This document shows, in pieces, positions 49,255 to 62,200 of a stretch of 64,000 nucleotides of DNA. Source of the DNA: a bacterium (lineage in GTDB: Bacteria > Patescibacteriota > CPR2 > UBA1875 > CAIMLA01); assembly GCA_037129835.1 (NCBI GenBank), contig JBAXUE010000006.1:6157-70156 (forward strand), in the 5' to 3' direction. The first letter of the stretch is position 1, and every line of letters starts with the position of its first letter. The position numbers and the translations under genes were made by a program. The notes beneath the pieces were generated by a model. That model made no database searches, was not told where the DNA came from, and was given only the letters and a program-made list of their open reading frames with translations.

Positions 49255-49755
49255 ATGAAACCAATATTTACAGAAATAGTTGATTGGAATGGGCTAAATA
49301 TTCATCGTGAGTTTTATCCCACTGATAATTTTGACCAAATTCCAAAAAACAAAGCTTTCCAATCTCAAGCTGTTTGTTTTGTAAATTCAGAAGAAATTGC
49401 CATATTTGAGGATACTGACGGACATAGAGGAATGCCCGGAGGCCATATAGAAACTGGCGAAAACTATGAAGAAACACTGGAAAGGGAAATTTTCGAGGAG
49501 TCCGCATGTGTTCTTATCGACTGTGGACCAACTTGTTATATAAAAGAGTGGGATGAAAAAACTCCAAATATTGTCAGCTATGGCCTGCGATACTGGGCAA
49601 CGGTAAGAGCTCTGGACCAAGATGTAAAAGACCCTTGTTGCCCTGGTCGCGAGAGAAGAATTGTAAAACTCAACAAAGCCGATTCATATCTTGGTTGGGG
49701 ACGATCAGGGGAAATTCTCTTAAATCTTGCTAAATCCAAAGTAAAATTCAAATAG
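49255..49755 (+). CDS. NUDIX hydrolase
   Basis: Nudix box GGHIETGENYEETLEREIFEESA (GX5EX7REUXEEXGU). Confidence 0.8.
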   Translation: MKPIFTEIVDWNGLNIHREFYPTDNFDQIPKNKAFQSQAVCFVNSEEIAIFEDTDGHRGMPGGHIETGENYEETLEREIFEESACVLIDCGPTCYIKEWDEKTPNIVSYGLRYWATVRALDQDVKDPCCPGRERRIVKLNKADSYLGWGRSGEILLNLAKSKVKFK

Positions 49756-49766
49756 TAAACGTAATT

Positions 49767-50909
49767 TTACTTTAGCCAAACAAACATATTTGTAAGAAGT
49801 TTATATCTTTCTTCTGAGTCTTTTATCATTATAATCTCAAAAAGTCCCTTTTCTCCAGATTGCTCGACGATTTTATCTACCATAAATCTTCCGATATCAT
49901 AAACTCCACGACCTCCCTTGTTATGGTATTTTTCTAAATCCTTAACGGTTATAGTCTTTACTGGCGGCTTATTTTGCTTCGCTATATAGCAGGCCACACC
50001 TTCATTCAACCACACAGGGGAACCGCCAGAAGTTAGCTTTCTGAAATATATATGGCTTATTTCATGTTTTAGAACATGTTCGAAGTCTGATGCTGGATGA
50101 CAAGAATCTGTTTCGAACATATCTTTTTTTAGTATAAAAACGGTTTTCCCAATCGTGAAACCAACCATCCAATCTTCTGTTTTCCCACCCTTGATCTCAT
50201 CGTATTCTTCTCTTGAACGGATTTCATAAACAACAACCTTTATCTCAGGAATTCCATAAAATTCAGCTACCTCTTTGTTAAATTTAGTGATAAGTGGATT
50301 TGGTTTATTGTGTTTTGTTTTTTCGAATTCTAGATGTTCCCAGCCTACCTTTTGTAATAAGTCGCTACTTGGAGGTTCTTTTTGATATGATATCCAAGGG
50401 AAACAGCTGTTCAGTTCTGCACTTTCGTTCAAAAGGTAATCTACCAGACTCTCTTTTTCCCATTGTGATAATTTATATTTCTCGACCACTGGCTGCTCTA
50501 TCACAATGTGGACAAGCTCGTGAACAACAACTTGAGTTAAGTCGTTATAGTTACGAAGATTTAACACAATAGTCCCAGGAAGATTATATGAACCGCCCAT
50601 CCCATAATGTGTAAGAACAATATTGAGTTTTTTTGGCTTTTTATATGGCAAGTTTTCGAGAAATGCTTCCACCTTTTCCTGAGATGTATTCCAACCATCG
50701 GTTATATGTTTCTCAACTTTCTTGGCGGCGGTTTCGTCAAATTCCGTTTCCACTTGTTTTTTTGCCTTTGATAAATCAAAATTGTCAAAATTAATACCAT
50801 CAGGAAAACGGGGTTGATAACCATTTTTTATAAAGAAATCTTTCCTCTTAAATGTATCTTCTACCCTTTTGAACTCGCGCTCTAATGTATATGTGAAAGT
50901 TAATTTCAT
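49767..50909 (-). CDS. Hypothetical protein with two HExxH motifs (tandem metallopeptidase-like half-domains)
   Basis: VVHELVHIV and LKHEISHIYF each carry HExxH, about 150 aa apart. Confidence 0.5.
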   Translation of the reverse strand: MKLTFTYTLEREFKRVEDTFKRKDFFIKNGYQPRFPDGINFDNFDLSKAKKQVETEFDETAAKKVEKHITDGWNTSQEKVEAFLENLPYKKPKKLNIVLTHYGMGGSYNLPGTIVLNLRNYNDLTQVVVHELVHIVIEQPVVEKYKLSQWEKESLVDYLLNESAELNSCFPWISYQKEPPSSDLLQKVGWEHLEFEKTKHNKPNPLITKFNKEVAEFYGIPEIKVVVYEIRSREEYDEIKGGKTEDWMVGFTIGKTVFILKKDMFETDSCHPASDFEHVLKHEISHIYFRKLTSGGSPVWLNEGVACYIAKQNKPPVKTITVKDLEKYHNKGGRGVYDIGRFMVDKIVEQSGEKGLFEIIMIKDSEERYKLLTNMFVWLK

Positions 50910-50979
50910 AGAGTTAGTATATCACTTATTATTAAATATGTGGTTATTCTACATTACTAATTTATGATAAAATCTATCT

Positions 50980-51534
50980 ATGAATCTAATATTTATTTAT
51001 GGCCCACCCGCAGCTGGCAAACTCACAGTAGCAAAAGAGATTGCCAAAAAGCTAGATTATCGTGTTTTTATGAATCATACACTAGTAGGATCTATTGCGT
51101 CTGTTTTCCCTTTTGAAGACACCACGCCTGACAAGAAGGGTAAAGATGATTTACTAAGGAATAAACTTGCCAGAAAGTTTCGAGTAGAAATATTTAAAGA
51201 AGCAGCAAAAAATAATATTAACGTTATTACCACCTATGGTGGAGGTGGCGTAAATAATTCGACTTTTTTTGACGATACGATAAAATCAGTAGAAAAGGCT
51301 CGAGGAAAAGTTTATTTTGTTCATTTGATACCTAACGAGGAGTCGATACTCGAGAGAGTCGAGTCCCCCACTCGCAAAGGTCAAAAGATTGATAACAAAA
51401 ATTTCCTAAAGAAAAAGTTAATCGCTTACAATTATTATGATAAATATACTGGCTCTGATCACCTAGATATTGATAATTCAAACATGCTTCCCGAAGAAGT
51501 AGCGAATCAAATTATAAAATACTATAAATTATAA
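50980..51534 (+). CDS. P-loop NTPase / AAA-domain kinase-like protein
   Basis: N-terminal Walker A IYGPPAAGKLT. Small (184 aa), like a nucleoside or shikimate kinase. Confidence 0.55.
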   Translation: MNLIFIYGPPAAGKLTVAKEIAKKLDYRVFMNHTLVGSIASVFPFEDTTPDKKGKDDLLRNKLARKFRVEIFKEAAKNNINVITTYGGGGVNNSTFFDDTIKSVEKARGKVYFVHLIPNEESILERVESPTRKGQKIDNKNFLKKKLIAYNYYDKYTGSDHLDIDNSNMLPEEVANQIIKYYKL

Positions 51535-51587
51535 AATATACTAAAAATACGATTTGTTTAATAGATATTCCTAGGCTCTTCATAACT

Positions 51588-51616
51588 TTGTAATAAAATA
51601 TTTAATGTAATATAAT
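51588..51616 (+). promoter_or_regulatory. Sigma70-like promoter TTGTAA-17-TATAAT placed for a leaderless transcript of 51623..52753
   Basis: The -10 hexamer ends 6 nt before the ATG at 51623 and there is no SD sequence. Confidence 0.45.
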
Positions 51617-51622
51617 TTTAGT

Positions 51623-52753
51623 ATGAGTGAGGGAATGGGTCCGGGGCCCGAGTCTTTCGGCCTCCGTGAAAAAAAAGAGAAAAAAGAAACATTTGAGTTG
51701 GCAGAGACTATCATTCGTCCTGAGAAAAACCAATCATCTTGTGATATCCCCACACAGCTACCAGAAATTTCGATCGAACAACCCGATATCATTCGTAAAA
51801 GATTAGCCCTAGAAAGACTTAGGTCTAAAGAAGCTGGCAATATCGCTCCTATTGTTTTTGCTTACTCCTCTGGTTTACTTTTAGAGTTCACTCCCATCTT
51901 TGACGGGCTACCCTCGATAGAATCATTTATTGGTACCTATTCTGCCAAGATGATTATTCCAAATGAATATGATAAGGATCACAATACCAATATCGAAACG
52001 ACTCAAGAACTTCGGGAAATAACCAGAGACGGCACAAGCCTGATGTTGGAACCAGACATAATCAAACCTACCCTAAGCCAAGAAGCAAAAAACGAACTTT
52101 CCTATTCCCAGAATGTCGAATATATTCTATCCGACAGATTTTCTGTTTCCTACGATGTACTTTCGTCGATATGGCTTATTTCCGTAGACACAGCAGCTTT
52201 GGAAAATTCAGAAAGAAATATATTACCAATATTTCACGAACTGGGTCATATACCATATATGGATATCGAGGGAGATATACTAGAAATCGCGATAACAAAA
52301 GCAGGAGAATCAAACACAAGGATTGATTATTCATGGTTAAATGACACGATAGCGGGCTCAGATAAACTCACCGATTCTATCGCAAAAGATATCCTTTTAC
52401 TAGATCCGGATACAGTAACATCGATTAAGCAATTTCTTGAAAGAAAAAGCTTTATTAACGACAATTCTATGTCCGCCACAAAAGCTCTGACCAGGGAGCT
52501 TAATATTACTGAAGACAAAAACTCTAAAGAGAAACAAAAAGCACTTGAATCTATTATCAATAAACTTTCTATATTTTCAGAAAGAATAGCCTCTGCAAAA
52601 GCGCTCGCAATCGCTCATCGTTTGGGTCAAAAAGAGCATGGTGAGATCAACTTTGAGTTTGATACAGCTCGCGACATGATTGCTTTTTTCCATAAAGCCC
52701 TCGAAAGTTATGCCAAGATAAATAATGAACCTAGATATCATACAGGTTTCTAA
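51623..52753 (+). CDS. Hypothetical protein
   Basis: 376-aa ORF with no recognisable motif. Confidence 0.45.
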   Translation: MSEGMGPGPESFGLREKKEKKETFELAETIIRPEKNQSSCDIPTQLPEISIEQPDIIRKRLALERLRSKEAGNIAPIVFAYSSGLLLEFTPIFDGLPSIESFIGTYSAKMIIPNEYDKDHNTNIETTQELREITRDGTSLMLEPDIIKPTLSQEAKNELSYSQNVEYILSDRFSVSYDVLSSIWLISVDTAALENSERNILPIFHELGHIPYMDIEGDILEIAITKAGESNTRIDYSWLNDTIAGSDKLTDSIAKDILLLDPDTVTSIKQFLERKSFINDNSMSATKALTRELNITEDKNSKEKQKALESIINKLSIFSERIASAKALAIAHRLGQKEHGEINFEFDTARDMIAFFHKALESYAKINNEPRYHTGF

Positions 52754-52756
52754 ACA

Positions 52757-53212
52757 ATGAAAATTAGAAAAACTACAATAAAAGATAACGTCGTGTGTCT
52801 TAAAATAGCTAAGGCACTACCAGAATGGTTTAACGAAAAGGGTATCTTAGAAATAGTCGAAGACCTTTCTAGTTTAACAACTTATGTATTTGAGGAAGAC
52901 AAAATACTAGCCTATGCCTGTATAAAGAACAAATCTGATAAAGTAGTAGAAATTAAACAATTGGCTGTTGATAGAGATAGCCAACGACATGGCATCGGAA
53001 CCGAGTTAATAGCCTATATCGCAAAAGTTGTTGCTCCTGGCAAAATTATCGAAGTAAAAACCCTAGATGAATCTTGCGAATATAAACCTTACATAGAAAC
53101 TAGGTCCTTTTACGAAAAGAATGGATTTATTAAAATAGAAGTAATAGACCCTTATCCTGAATGGGGCGAGGGCAATCCCTGTGCTATTTATATTAAATAT
53201 CCACTAAAATAG
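52757..53212 (+). CDS. GNAT-family N-acetyltransferase
   Basis: Motif A VEIKQLAVDRDSQRHGIGTELIAYI (Q/R-x-x-G-x-G/A). Confidence 0.72.
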   Translation: MKIRKTTIKDNVVCLKIAKALPEWFNEKGILEIVEDLSSLTTYVFEEDKILAYACIKNKSDKVVEIKQLAVDRDSQRHGIGTELIAYIAKVVAPGKIIEVKTLDESCEYKPYIETRSFYEKNGFIKIEVIDPYPEWGEGNPCAIYIKYPLK

Positions 53213-53213
53213 A

Positions 53214-56200
53214 TCATTTCCCAATAAACCTATCACCGAGCTTCCCAAAGAACTGATTTAGTTTCCCAGTCCAAGCGAAAGTTTCTTCTAATGATTTAAG
53301 AATCAGTTGAAGGATTGATTTCTCTTTAGTTGGTGTTACAAAGGTATAATCTTGAGATTCAGTAATATTAGTTCTTTTGTCTTTAGAAATCATCTTATAA
53401 TGATAAGACGAAGCAGGTTTGAGACCTTTAATTATAACGGTATGTGAGTTATTAAGTGACGTGTCTTCATTTGACTCATTTGAATAATCTCCCCCAAGGA
53501 TCCCTTCACCGTATTTCACTTGTGTAGACGCAGGCTTATTGGTCTGCCAAGAAACTATAATAGAAGACGTAGTGTCGTTTTCTCCCATCGGTAGGATGTC
53601 TACTTTGGCATTGGTAATCTTCGGTCCTTCGGTATCTAAGGGCGTTCTTACTATCTTGTCAGTATCTGCGACTTCATTACCAGTTTCGTCTTTGGCAAGG
53701 ATTTGATAGTGATACTCTTGGTTATCTAGAAGGTTTTCAATCTTAACTTGATGGACTTTAGATACTCCGGTAGTCCCTTTCTTCTCGCCATAATTGGTAG
53801 TGGTACCCCAGTTGATGATTGTTTCAGTATCGACGTTGGTTTCCCAAGCTACTGTAACAGAGTAAGGAGTGATATCTTTCACTGACATGTTAGATATCTT
53901 TGGTTTTAAAACAGCGGTAAATGAGTATTCTTGAGAAGTATACTCTACCTCGTTAGCATCTTTAACTCTAACTCTATAGTAGTATTTGGTACCGGGTATT
54001 AGACCTTCGATCACCACTACATGAGAGCCGACTAGGTCATTATTACCTGCAGCGCCGTCATAGACTCCAGATGTAGTGGAGTAATCTACCCATGAGGTGG
54101 TAGGACTCTCTGTCTGCCAGACTATTTGTGCTGTTGTGGCTGTAATATTACGTTCTGCGACATTTGATGATGCTGGGGCTAGAGTGAACTGAGCTGAATC
54201 AAATGATTTGGTCTTGAATGTTGCAAATTCACCGGCTGGGTATTCGGCAAGATAGCCATCTTCTGAAATAGATTTGATCTTATAGGTATAGGTTCTAGCC
54301 GATCTTAATCCCTTGATCACCACTTTATGGTTTCTTGGACTTGAAGAAAGTGCAGCAGGTTCGACACCAGCTGTTCCACCTTGAGCATCGTCGCCTGGTT
54401 GTTTTTGCAATTGATACTCCACAAAAGCAGATGAGGCGTCAAGATTTGTGGCCCAAGCTATAGTAGTTGTAGAAGTGGTGGATGATACTGCGCCTGCTGT
54501 GATATTGAAGCCGGTGGTGGTGAGAGAAGGAAGCTGTGCTCCTTCTGCTGATACTGGGTTACCCAATGCGTTACCCGATGCAATAATATAATCATATGTA
54601 GTATTTGGACTAAGTCCAAAGAGCTCTACTGTGTGGTTTTGAACCATCCCCAGTCCTCTGCTATTATCACCTACACCTATTTGCTTATATGGATCACCGC
54701 TTCCAGATTTTCTAAAAGATACCATAGAGTCGCAATCTTGATCCGTTGTCCAAGTTACAGTGGCCGTTGCTACACCAACACTAGTTAAAATTGCTTTAAG
54801 CCCATTATGTTGATCTAGAATACTTGGTTTCGCTATGTATGGGTTAAGAGAAACTGATACAATCTTGCCGTCACTGCCAATATCGGGTTTCGATTCATTG
54901 AAATAGTTCGGATTGATGATGGTGTTTTGGTTTGGTGCGTTGTACTTATAAGTATCTCCAGAATCATCAGAAGCGGTAACGTGATAATAAAAGAACTTAT
55001 CTGACTCTGCCTGAGACCTAGGAATAAGATCCATATAATAGTTATTTGTTAGGGCTATCTCTTTGTCTGCATCATAAAGAGGGTTTGGATACTGGGTAGT
55101 ACAAGAAGGCAATAAAATAGTTGTTGTACCATTCTGACATATTTGTTCCCAAAGACTTCCGTCATTGATCGAGCGATATATCTTATACTCCTTAAAATCG
55201 TTAACCCCATTTCTAAGTGGAGTGGCTATCCTGGCCCAAGTGATGATATTTCTTCTGAAGTTGGTACCATCATCATGGATATCTTTAACCTTAACTAGCG
55301 AAGGAAGAGCCGGAGCAGTAGCATCTGGGGTGGTATCCCAACCAAGGTGAAGGGTACCAGGAGCAACAACAGAAAGACCAGAAAAAAGATTAGATTGAGA
55401 CGGTTGATTCGGTACAACAGTATTATCCTGGGCCCAAACACGATAATAGTAAGTAGTGGAATCCGTCAGGTTTATGTCAGTTATGGTGTGCGGAACTGTT
55501 CTGTCGTCTGGTGTCGGGGTAATATTTATAGTCTGTATTTTTGTAGCAGTATTTACTCTGACCCAACAATCTGATACTTTTTCTCCTGGGTTACAATTCC
55601 CGGCGATATTGGTGGTTGTCCTGTATACTTCGTATTTAACGATTTTATTAGAATATGAACTTGAACCAGTAAATGTTACTTCGGCTGTATGTCCGACAGC
55701 ATTATTTGTATTTGGGTCTCCCTTTGTGGTCACAACATCGATGTTTGCGGGGACACTAGGAACTTTTGAAGAATAAGTTACAACACTTGAAGTTTCAGAT
55801 AAGTCTGAAAGTACTGATTCTTTGGGAACACTATCATAGGCAGAAACGCGATAATAGTAATTAGTAGTATCGGCTAAACCTTCATCATTAAAGCTTGTAG
55901 CTGTAGTGGTTTTGATTGGAGCAATATCCCATGGACCGAGATCCGAAGTAGACCGATAGACATGATAGGTAATAGTCCCAGGTACGATATCTTCACTTCT
56001 GGCTTTGTAATCATTCGATGCACCCCAAGAAACATTAATCATCTGACTCTCGTTGGAATTATCTAGCCCTTGTGCGTTTGCAACCACATTGTTTGGCACA
56101 GTTGGTGCCGTAACATCTGGAGTGCCTGGAGTAGTTCGGGCAAAGTTCTGGTCTGGGGAAACAAAATTTGAATCACCAGATGCAGGTACGAGTGAAGTCT

Positions 56201-59200
56201 CATTACCAATAGTAGCACCATCAACAGCGGTAATTCGATAATAATAGGTCGTTGAATCATTTAGTCTAGTTGTTGCAGCTGGCTTGTCTGCACCATAGGT
56301 TGTGTCATTATGAGCATCGTTATCATACCAAAGAGTGTTTTCTAAACCAGTTGGGGTATAAAGAACACCAACAACTACCCAAGAAGCGAGATCGGATTCA
56401 TTTGTTGTTCGATATATTTTATATTTAGCGACACCGGAACCATTATCGTCGGCTGCAGTCCAAGTAATCTTAGTTGAAAAGCCTTTGGTGTTATCATGGG
56501 CAGTTGGTGTATCGCTATCAGTCGCGTCGCAGGTTGCTCCGGTCCCATCACAGGCAGTTGCGCCTTTTCCGATTCCGATTTTTGGTGGGACTTCTGGATC
56601 TGCTACATCTCTGGTTAAAGCATATAAAGGTGCATTTTGATAGTTACCATAAGTTGGGTTGGATTGATCTCGTGCCGAGATACGATAGGCATAGCTAGTA
56701 CTAAGACTGATGAGCGGTTGACCCTGTTTTGCCAAAAGAGCATCATCAACAAATGTAAGTTCCGTAGTCGTGTACTTTGCATAACCTGCGAGAGTTGACC
56801 AGGCGGTTGTCTCGTCTGTGAGACCAGGATACACGGATTTTTCTACTCTCTCTATCTTGTAGTTTAATAGTGGAGCGCCACTATTAGTTGGGACCGCATT
56901 CCACTTGAGTTTGATCTGAGTATCTGGAAATTCTGGAGTTTCTGATACAAAACCAGTAACTGCGGATGGTAGTGATTTATCGAGATTATACTGAAAAGTA
57001 GTGATGTTATTTGAAATATAGCCAACATTATCAACTGCGACAACCCGGAGATAGTAGATACCGTCAATTGAACTAGCTAGGTCAGCTGTTAGGTGAGGTG
57101 AATTGCCGGGAGTCGGAGTAGTTGGGGTACAGTTTGAATCTGTTGTTAGACAATATCTATATGTCGCGATACCAGAGCCAGTGTCGTCAGCTACCCACTC
57201 AAAATATGGTGCCGTATATGGATACCAGGTAGTTGTATTGTCAGCAGTGATATTATGAGTTTTTGTTGCATTTTCGTATGCTTCAAGGCTAGTGACATCT
57301 GTTGGGACCGAGGTATCAACAGAGAGAACAACTGAAGTTGCTCCCGTGACTGAGTTATCTGCGACATCAGTAGTGATGACACGATAGTAGTAGGTGCCTT
57401 CAGCCAAAGAGGCGTTATCGGCATAGCTCACCGTACTAGCATTTGTAATATGAGCATTTGGATCGGATATATCAGTAAATGTTCCACCAGAGCCTACCTT
57501 TCTTTGCAACTGATATGAGCCAAAGCCAGATGATGGAGCGGGGTCAGAGAAAGAACTCCAAACAATGGTCTGATTACCTGTATTGTTCGGATTTGGAGTA
57601 ATCGAAGAGATAGAATTAGCCGTTGGCAGAGTATTATCAACAACGATAGTCCCAGTCTGCTGAGTCGCTGAATTTCCAGAACCGTCGGTAGCATCTACTT
57701 TGTAGGTATACGAACCATCAACAACAAAAGCTACTGAGTCATTCTTACCATCCCAGTCTACGGTATGTACTCCTTGAGTTTGTGAGACATTATTAGACAG
57801 TATTCTAACCAAAGTTACTCCGCTATAGATTCTGACAGTAGTATTGGCATTACCAGTCAGATTATCAGCTAAAGTGTATGTGATAGTGGCAGTATCTTTG
57901 TTGCCAACCGACGCATTTGGAGAAAATGGAGTTGGCGTAACAGAAACGGCAGTAATAGTTGGGGAAGTTGAGTCGATAGTGAAGTTCGCGTCCGAGACAT
58001 CGCTTGCATTATTACCTACAGCATCAAAAGCCGTCAAACGAACAGAGACAGTCGCTAAATTTAGCGAAGGGACCGGATTCCAAGTGTATACACCGGTGTT
58101 GGCCGTACCCGTAGTGATACTAGTCCAATCAGTTCCATTGGTTGAGTAGTCAAGTTGAATCGGTGGTGTTGCAGTACGAAGTCCTGAACCTATACCATCA
58201 CCTATAGACCCGCTGTTCCAGGTGATGCTTTGAGATGAACCACCTTTCCACTTCTCTCCGCCATTTGGAGCAGTGAGAGTAGAGGAAGTGACTGTTGGTG
58301 CCTGTGCATCGACGGTGATGGAGGCTTTGTCGAAGCTATTTAGAGTCACACTAGTAAGCTGGGGATATGTACTACCACCACCGAGTGCTAATGTGGCTTG
58401 ATATTGAACATATCTTTTGCCAGCGAGAACTGCGCTTACTTCATTTCTAGTAACTGTAGTCCAGCCGTTACTGTTAGTCCATGTACCATCTGGGGTAGCT
58501 GTATTACCTGCTTTTACTTGCATAGTGATAGTACCTGGAGACGTAACAGTATTCCAGTCTACGCTAGTGAATGTCTTGGTAGCACCCATGTCTTTGACTG
58601 GGGAGATGAAGGTACCGGCGGTGCCGGAGCCGCCAGGACTTACCGAGCCATCTTGAATACATCTGGTGTATTTTACCGAATCATAAAGATTATTTTTAGT
58701 TGAATATGATTCTGTGGCACCATACATCCAAGTTATAAACCGAAAAATCTTTACATTGATAGTATTTTCTTCGGTAGCGGAATAATACCAACCATCAGAT
58801 GTAAAAGAACCGTAATGACCCGCTCTATACCCAGCGTAAATTGCTTTAATTTCGTCCACACGGGGAAGACGACCTCCGAGCGCTTTACACGCGGCTTGTG
58901 CAGGATAAGAGGTGAAGTTTTCTGATGGAAATATCTGAGGGCTAACGAGTGAATAATTCGAAGGAAAAACTAAATCAAGACCAGTATTACACTGGGGGCT
59001 TCTACAATCAGTTATTGCGTCTTTCCAAATAATACCGGACAGATCTTGGTTATAAACTGATTTTCCTACTAATGTAGCAGGATAATTAGTTTCTGCTTGA
59101 CCCGCCAGCCAAGGACCTGTAGCACAAACTCCTTCACTTACATAACCGCTAACACATTCTGTCCCAAGTGTGGCCGCCACGCCATTGGCTTTCAGTAACT

Positions 59201-62200
59201 TAACACCAGTATTTCCAGGATTTAAGGCAATGTCTGTACCTCTAGTGCCTGTCGAGTAGTCTGTTGTTGTCGACGGAACAGTTCCGCTCACATTACCCGC
59301 ATTGTCCCTATATTGAGCATAAAGTGTTTTGGCACCATCTCCAACAGAGAGTGTCCAAGGCTTAGATGCGAGGTATGGTAACCAATCTGTACCTGCTGGG
59401 TCAAATGTGCCCGTTTCTGAGAATCTCATCTGCCCAACACCAGCTCCACCAGTATCTGCGGTGGTATTTGTGAGAGTTACTGTACCAGAGGTAGCATAAG
59501 CTGCTCCGCCATTTATAGCTACAGTACCTGTAGGAGCTGTTTGTTCTACGGAGAAGTCTGCTTGGGTGACATCGGTATTTCCACCATATGATTGCCAAGG
59601 AGACACACGTCCTTCATTGTCTTTTGAACGAATGCGGAAGTGATATGCTCCTACTGCTAGATTTGGAATAGTCACAGTAGAGTTTGAGTTATCAGGAGCA
59701 TCACCTACGATGAGGTTCGTTGATTCGTTCGCAAATGCGGTGTTTACTGGGTTGTATTGTAGCTCTATCTTTCTACTAGTAGAAGTACCACAAGCAGTAC
59801 AGGTAAGGCCTGTCGTTTTTACTTTGATAGTAGATTCTGAGGTCCAAGCAGCAGATAGGCCAGCAGTCACGTTATTTCCAGATGAGTTCTTCAGAACTGT
59901 AGTTCCGTCACTTCGATACATGGTAGTTAAGCTGTTTTGTGGAGTTTCAATGGAATCATAGGTAAGGGTAACATCAGAGAGAACTGGGGTATTAGAACCA
60001 TCTCCTTCAAAACGAACAAGTATCTCTGAATATCTTTTGTTTCCGATGGTATTTAGGATAGAGGTGGCTGATTTGGTAGGATTTGGCGGATCTGCCCCGT
60101 TATATGACTGTGAGAAGAAGCCTCCAGAGTTTGTCCACCAAGAAGAACAGGCTCCACTTCCACTTGGACCATAACAAAGTGAACTATCAAGACCTGTCTG
60201 GTCATCACCCGCCCTAACAGTAAAGAGAATCTTTTGACTTGTTTTGTCTGTTGTACCATTCCAGTTAATAGCAGAAGGCTTTGCTTTGTTTCCGATTCCT
60301 CCAGTGGTTTCCGCATCAAAACGAAGACCGATGTTTCCAGCGACAGCACCACCCAATGAACCAGAAGTACTATACGTCACATTATTTACTGTGACAGAAT
60401 TTAAAGTTGGAACATTATTATTATTTGAAGAAAGAAGAGTTGCTCTGTATTGAAAATACCGACCAGAGAAAGAAGCGAGAGAACCACCATTTGTTACTGC
60501 GCCCCATGCTTGCCAGGTGCCATCGGGAGTGGCAGTAGTACCAGATCGAAACTCCAACGTTATCGAAGTATTTGCCTGCAGTGTTTCTGTCCAAGAGAGA
60601 GTCGAGTATCCAACTGGAGTTGTATTGTCTTTGACTTGGGAGGTGAAGGTACCGGGAGAGCCACCGGAAGAGCTGGAGCTATTTTTTACACACCTAACAC
60701 TAGTTGTAGCCCCTACGTTTTTCCAATAACTTTGCTGACCCGCTGCATAAAACTGAAATGTATTAACGTAATTGCTATCGACTTCAGTGGCGGATAAATA
60801 ATAACCAGAATATTGACTTTCAGCAAAGTTGTTCCCATATATGGCTCGTCCTGTGTAGATAGCCGAAAGTTCCGTCATTGTTGGCAATCTTCCACCGATA
60901 GCTTTACACGCTGCTTGCGTTGGATATTCCGTAAATAGTTCAGACGTGAATACCTGGGGGCTTACTAAAGAATATTTATTATTGTAGGGTGCTGCATCAA
61001 GGCCTATTGAACATTGCGGTGAAACACAAGAAGTATTGGAAGTTTTCCATTGATAAGGCCCCGAGGCAAGATCAGATCTATATACTTGCTTTCCTTCAAG
61101 TGCGGTGCCAACCGAGCCCAGATATCCCCAATTTGCACAAACCCCACCGCTTCTATAACCACTCGCACACTCGGCATCAGCCGCCGCTGTTGCCCCAATT
61201 GGCTTCAAAAGATACACGGTGTTTGTCCCAACTGCTGTATTTGATTGAGTCCCTGCTGTGAAGTTCGCTGTAGTGTTTTCGGTCGTTGGGGTGCCAGCTG
61301 AAGATGGGAGTTTTGGATCACCATTATTTAGATTAAGCGCAGCCAATGCCGAAGTGAGATATCGTACAATAACAACCCCAGAACCTCCAGACATACTAGT
61401 GCCGCCACCACCGCCTGTGTTGGGAGTCCCAGCAGTTTGTCCACCTAAATACCAACCTCGACCGCCACCTCCATTTCCACCTAAGGCATAATTTAAAGAC
61501 CCTCCTGCTCCACCTCCACCTCCATAGTAAAGGGAAGCTCCCGTGATGCTATTGGCTACTCCCACTCCACCTGCGCCAGCTTGAGTGTTGCTTGCATTTG
61601 CGCCCGCAGCCCCAGCCCCACCGCCACCCCCACCAGCCCACTGGTTATTCGGGCCATAATAAATACCATTACCACCATTGTATCCCTGAGTACCAGCACC
61701 TCCCAGAGTAGCAGAAGAAGCTGCTGTACCACCTCCGCCACCAGAAGCACCACTAAGACCGGCTGTAACCCCGTCTGACGCTCCCCCACCACCCAGCGCT
61801 GTAACACTTGAAAATACCGAGCTTTGCCCATTAGTAGAGGCGGCACCACCATTCCCAACAGTAACGGTGTAAGTTTGTGGGGTAACAGGCACAGAAGCAC
61901 TGTAGACTACTCCTCCAGCTCCGCCGCCGCCACCACCACCGTTATATCCGCCGCCACCACCACCGCCGCCGCCAACAACAAGAGAAGAGACAGAAAGACT
62001 GGCCCCCGTAACCACCAACGAACCCGAGCTAGTAAATTTATGAATGGTATATAATCCATCGGTTGTTACTGTACCTCCCGTAATCGATGGGGTTATTGTC
62101 ACATTCCCTGTCCCCCCATTATTATTCGTAAAATCAGCTAGGGTATTCCAGGTTTTTGAGAGATTACTAGCCAAAGACTCACCCGGTCTAAAAATATTTA

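Noticed and set aside
53210-53216. Convergent GNAT and giant-protein genes separated by 1 nt
   Set aside because: This is unusual only in leaving no room for terminators. It is likely just tight packing. It was useful mainly as a contrast to the 217-bp GC-rich insert at the paralogous position (337–553).
61300-62050. Poly-Gly/GGT-GGC-rich nucleotide tract that looks like a simple-sequence repeat
   Set aside because: It is in frame and encodes the Gly-rich extracellular region present in both paralogs (GGGGGGGYNGGGGGG…). It is a coding low-complexity region, not a non-coding microsatellite.
55165-62054. Antisense ORFs within the second giant gene (e.g. 55456..55776, 60450..60797, 61556..61900)
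   Set aside because: Same reasoning. The Gly-rich coding region (GGN repeats) keeps several opposite frames open (CCN = Pro/Thr-rich), which gives artefactual ORFs.
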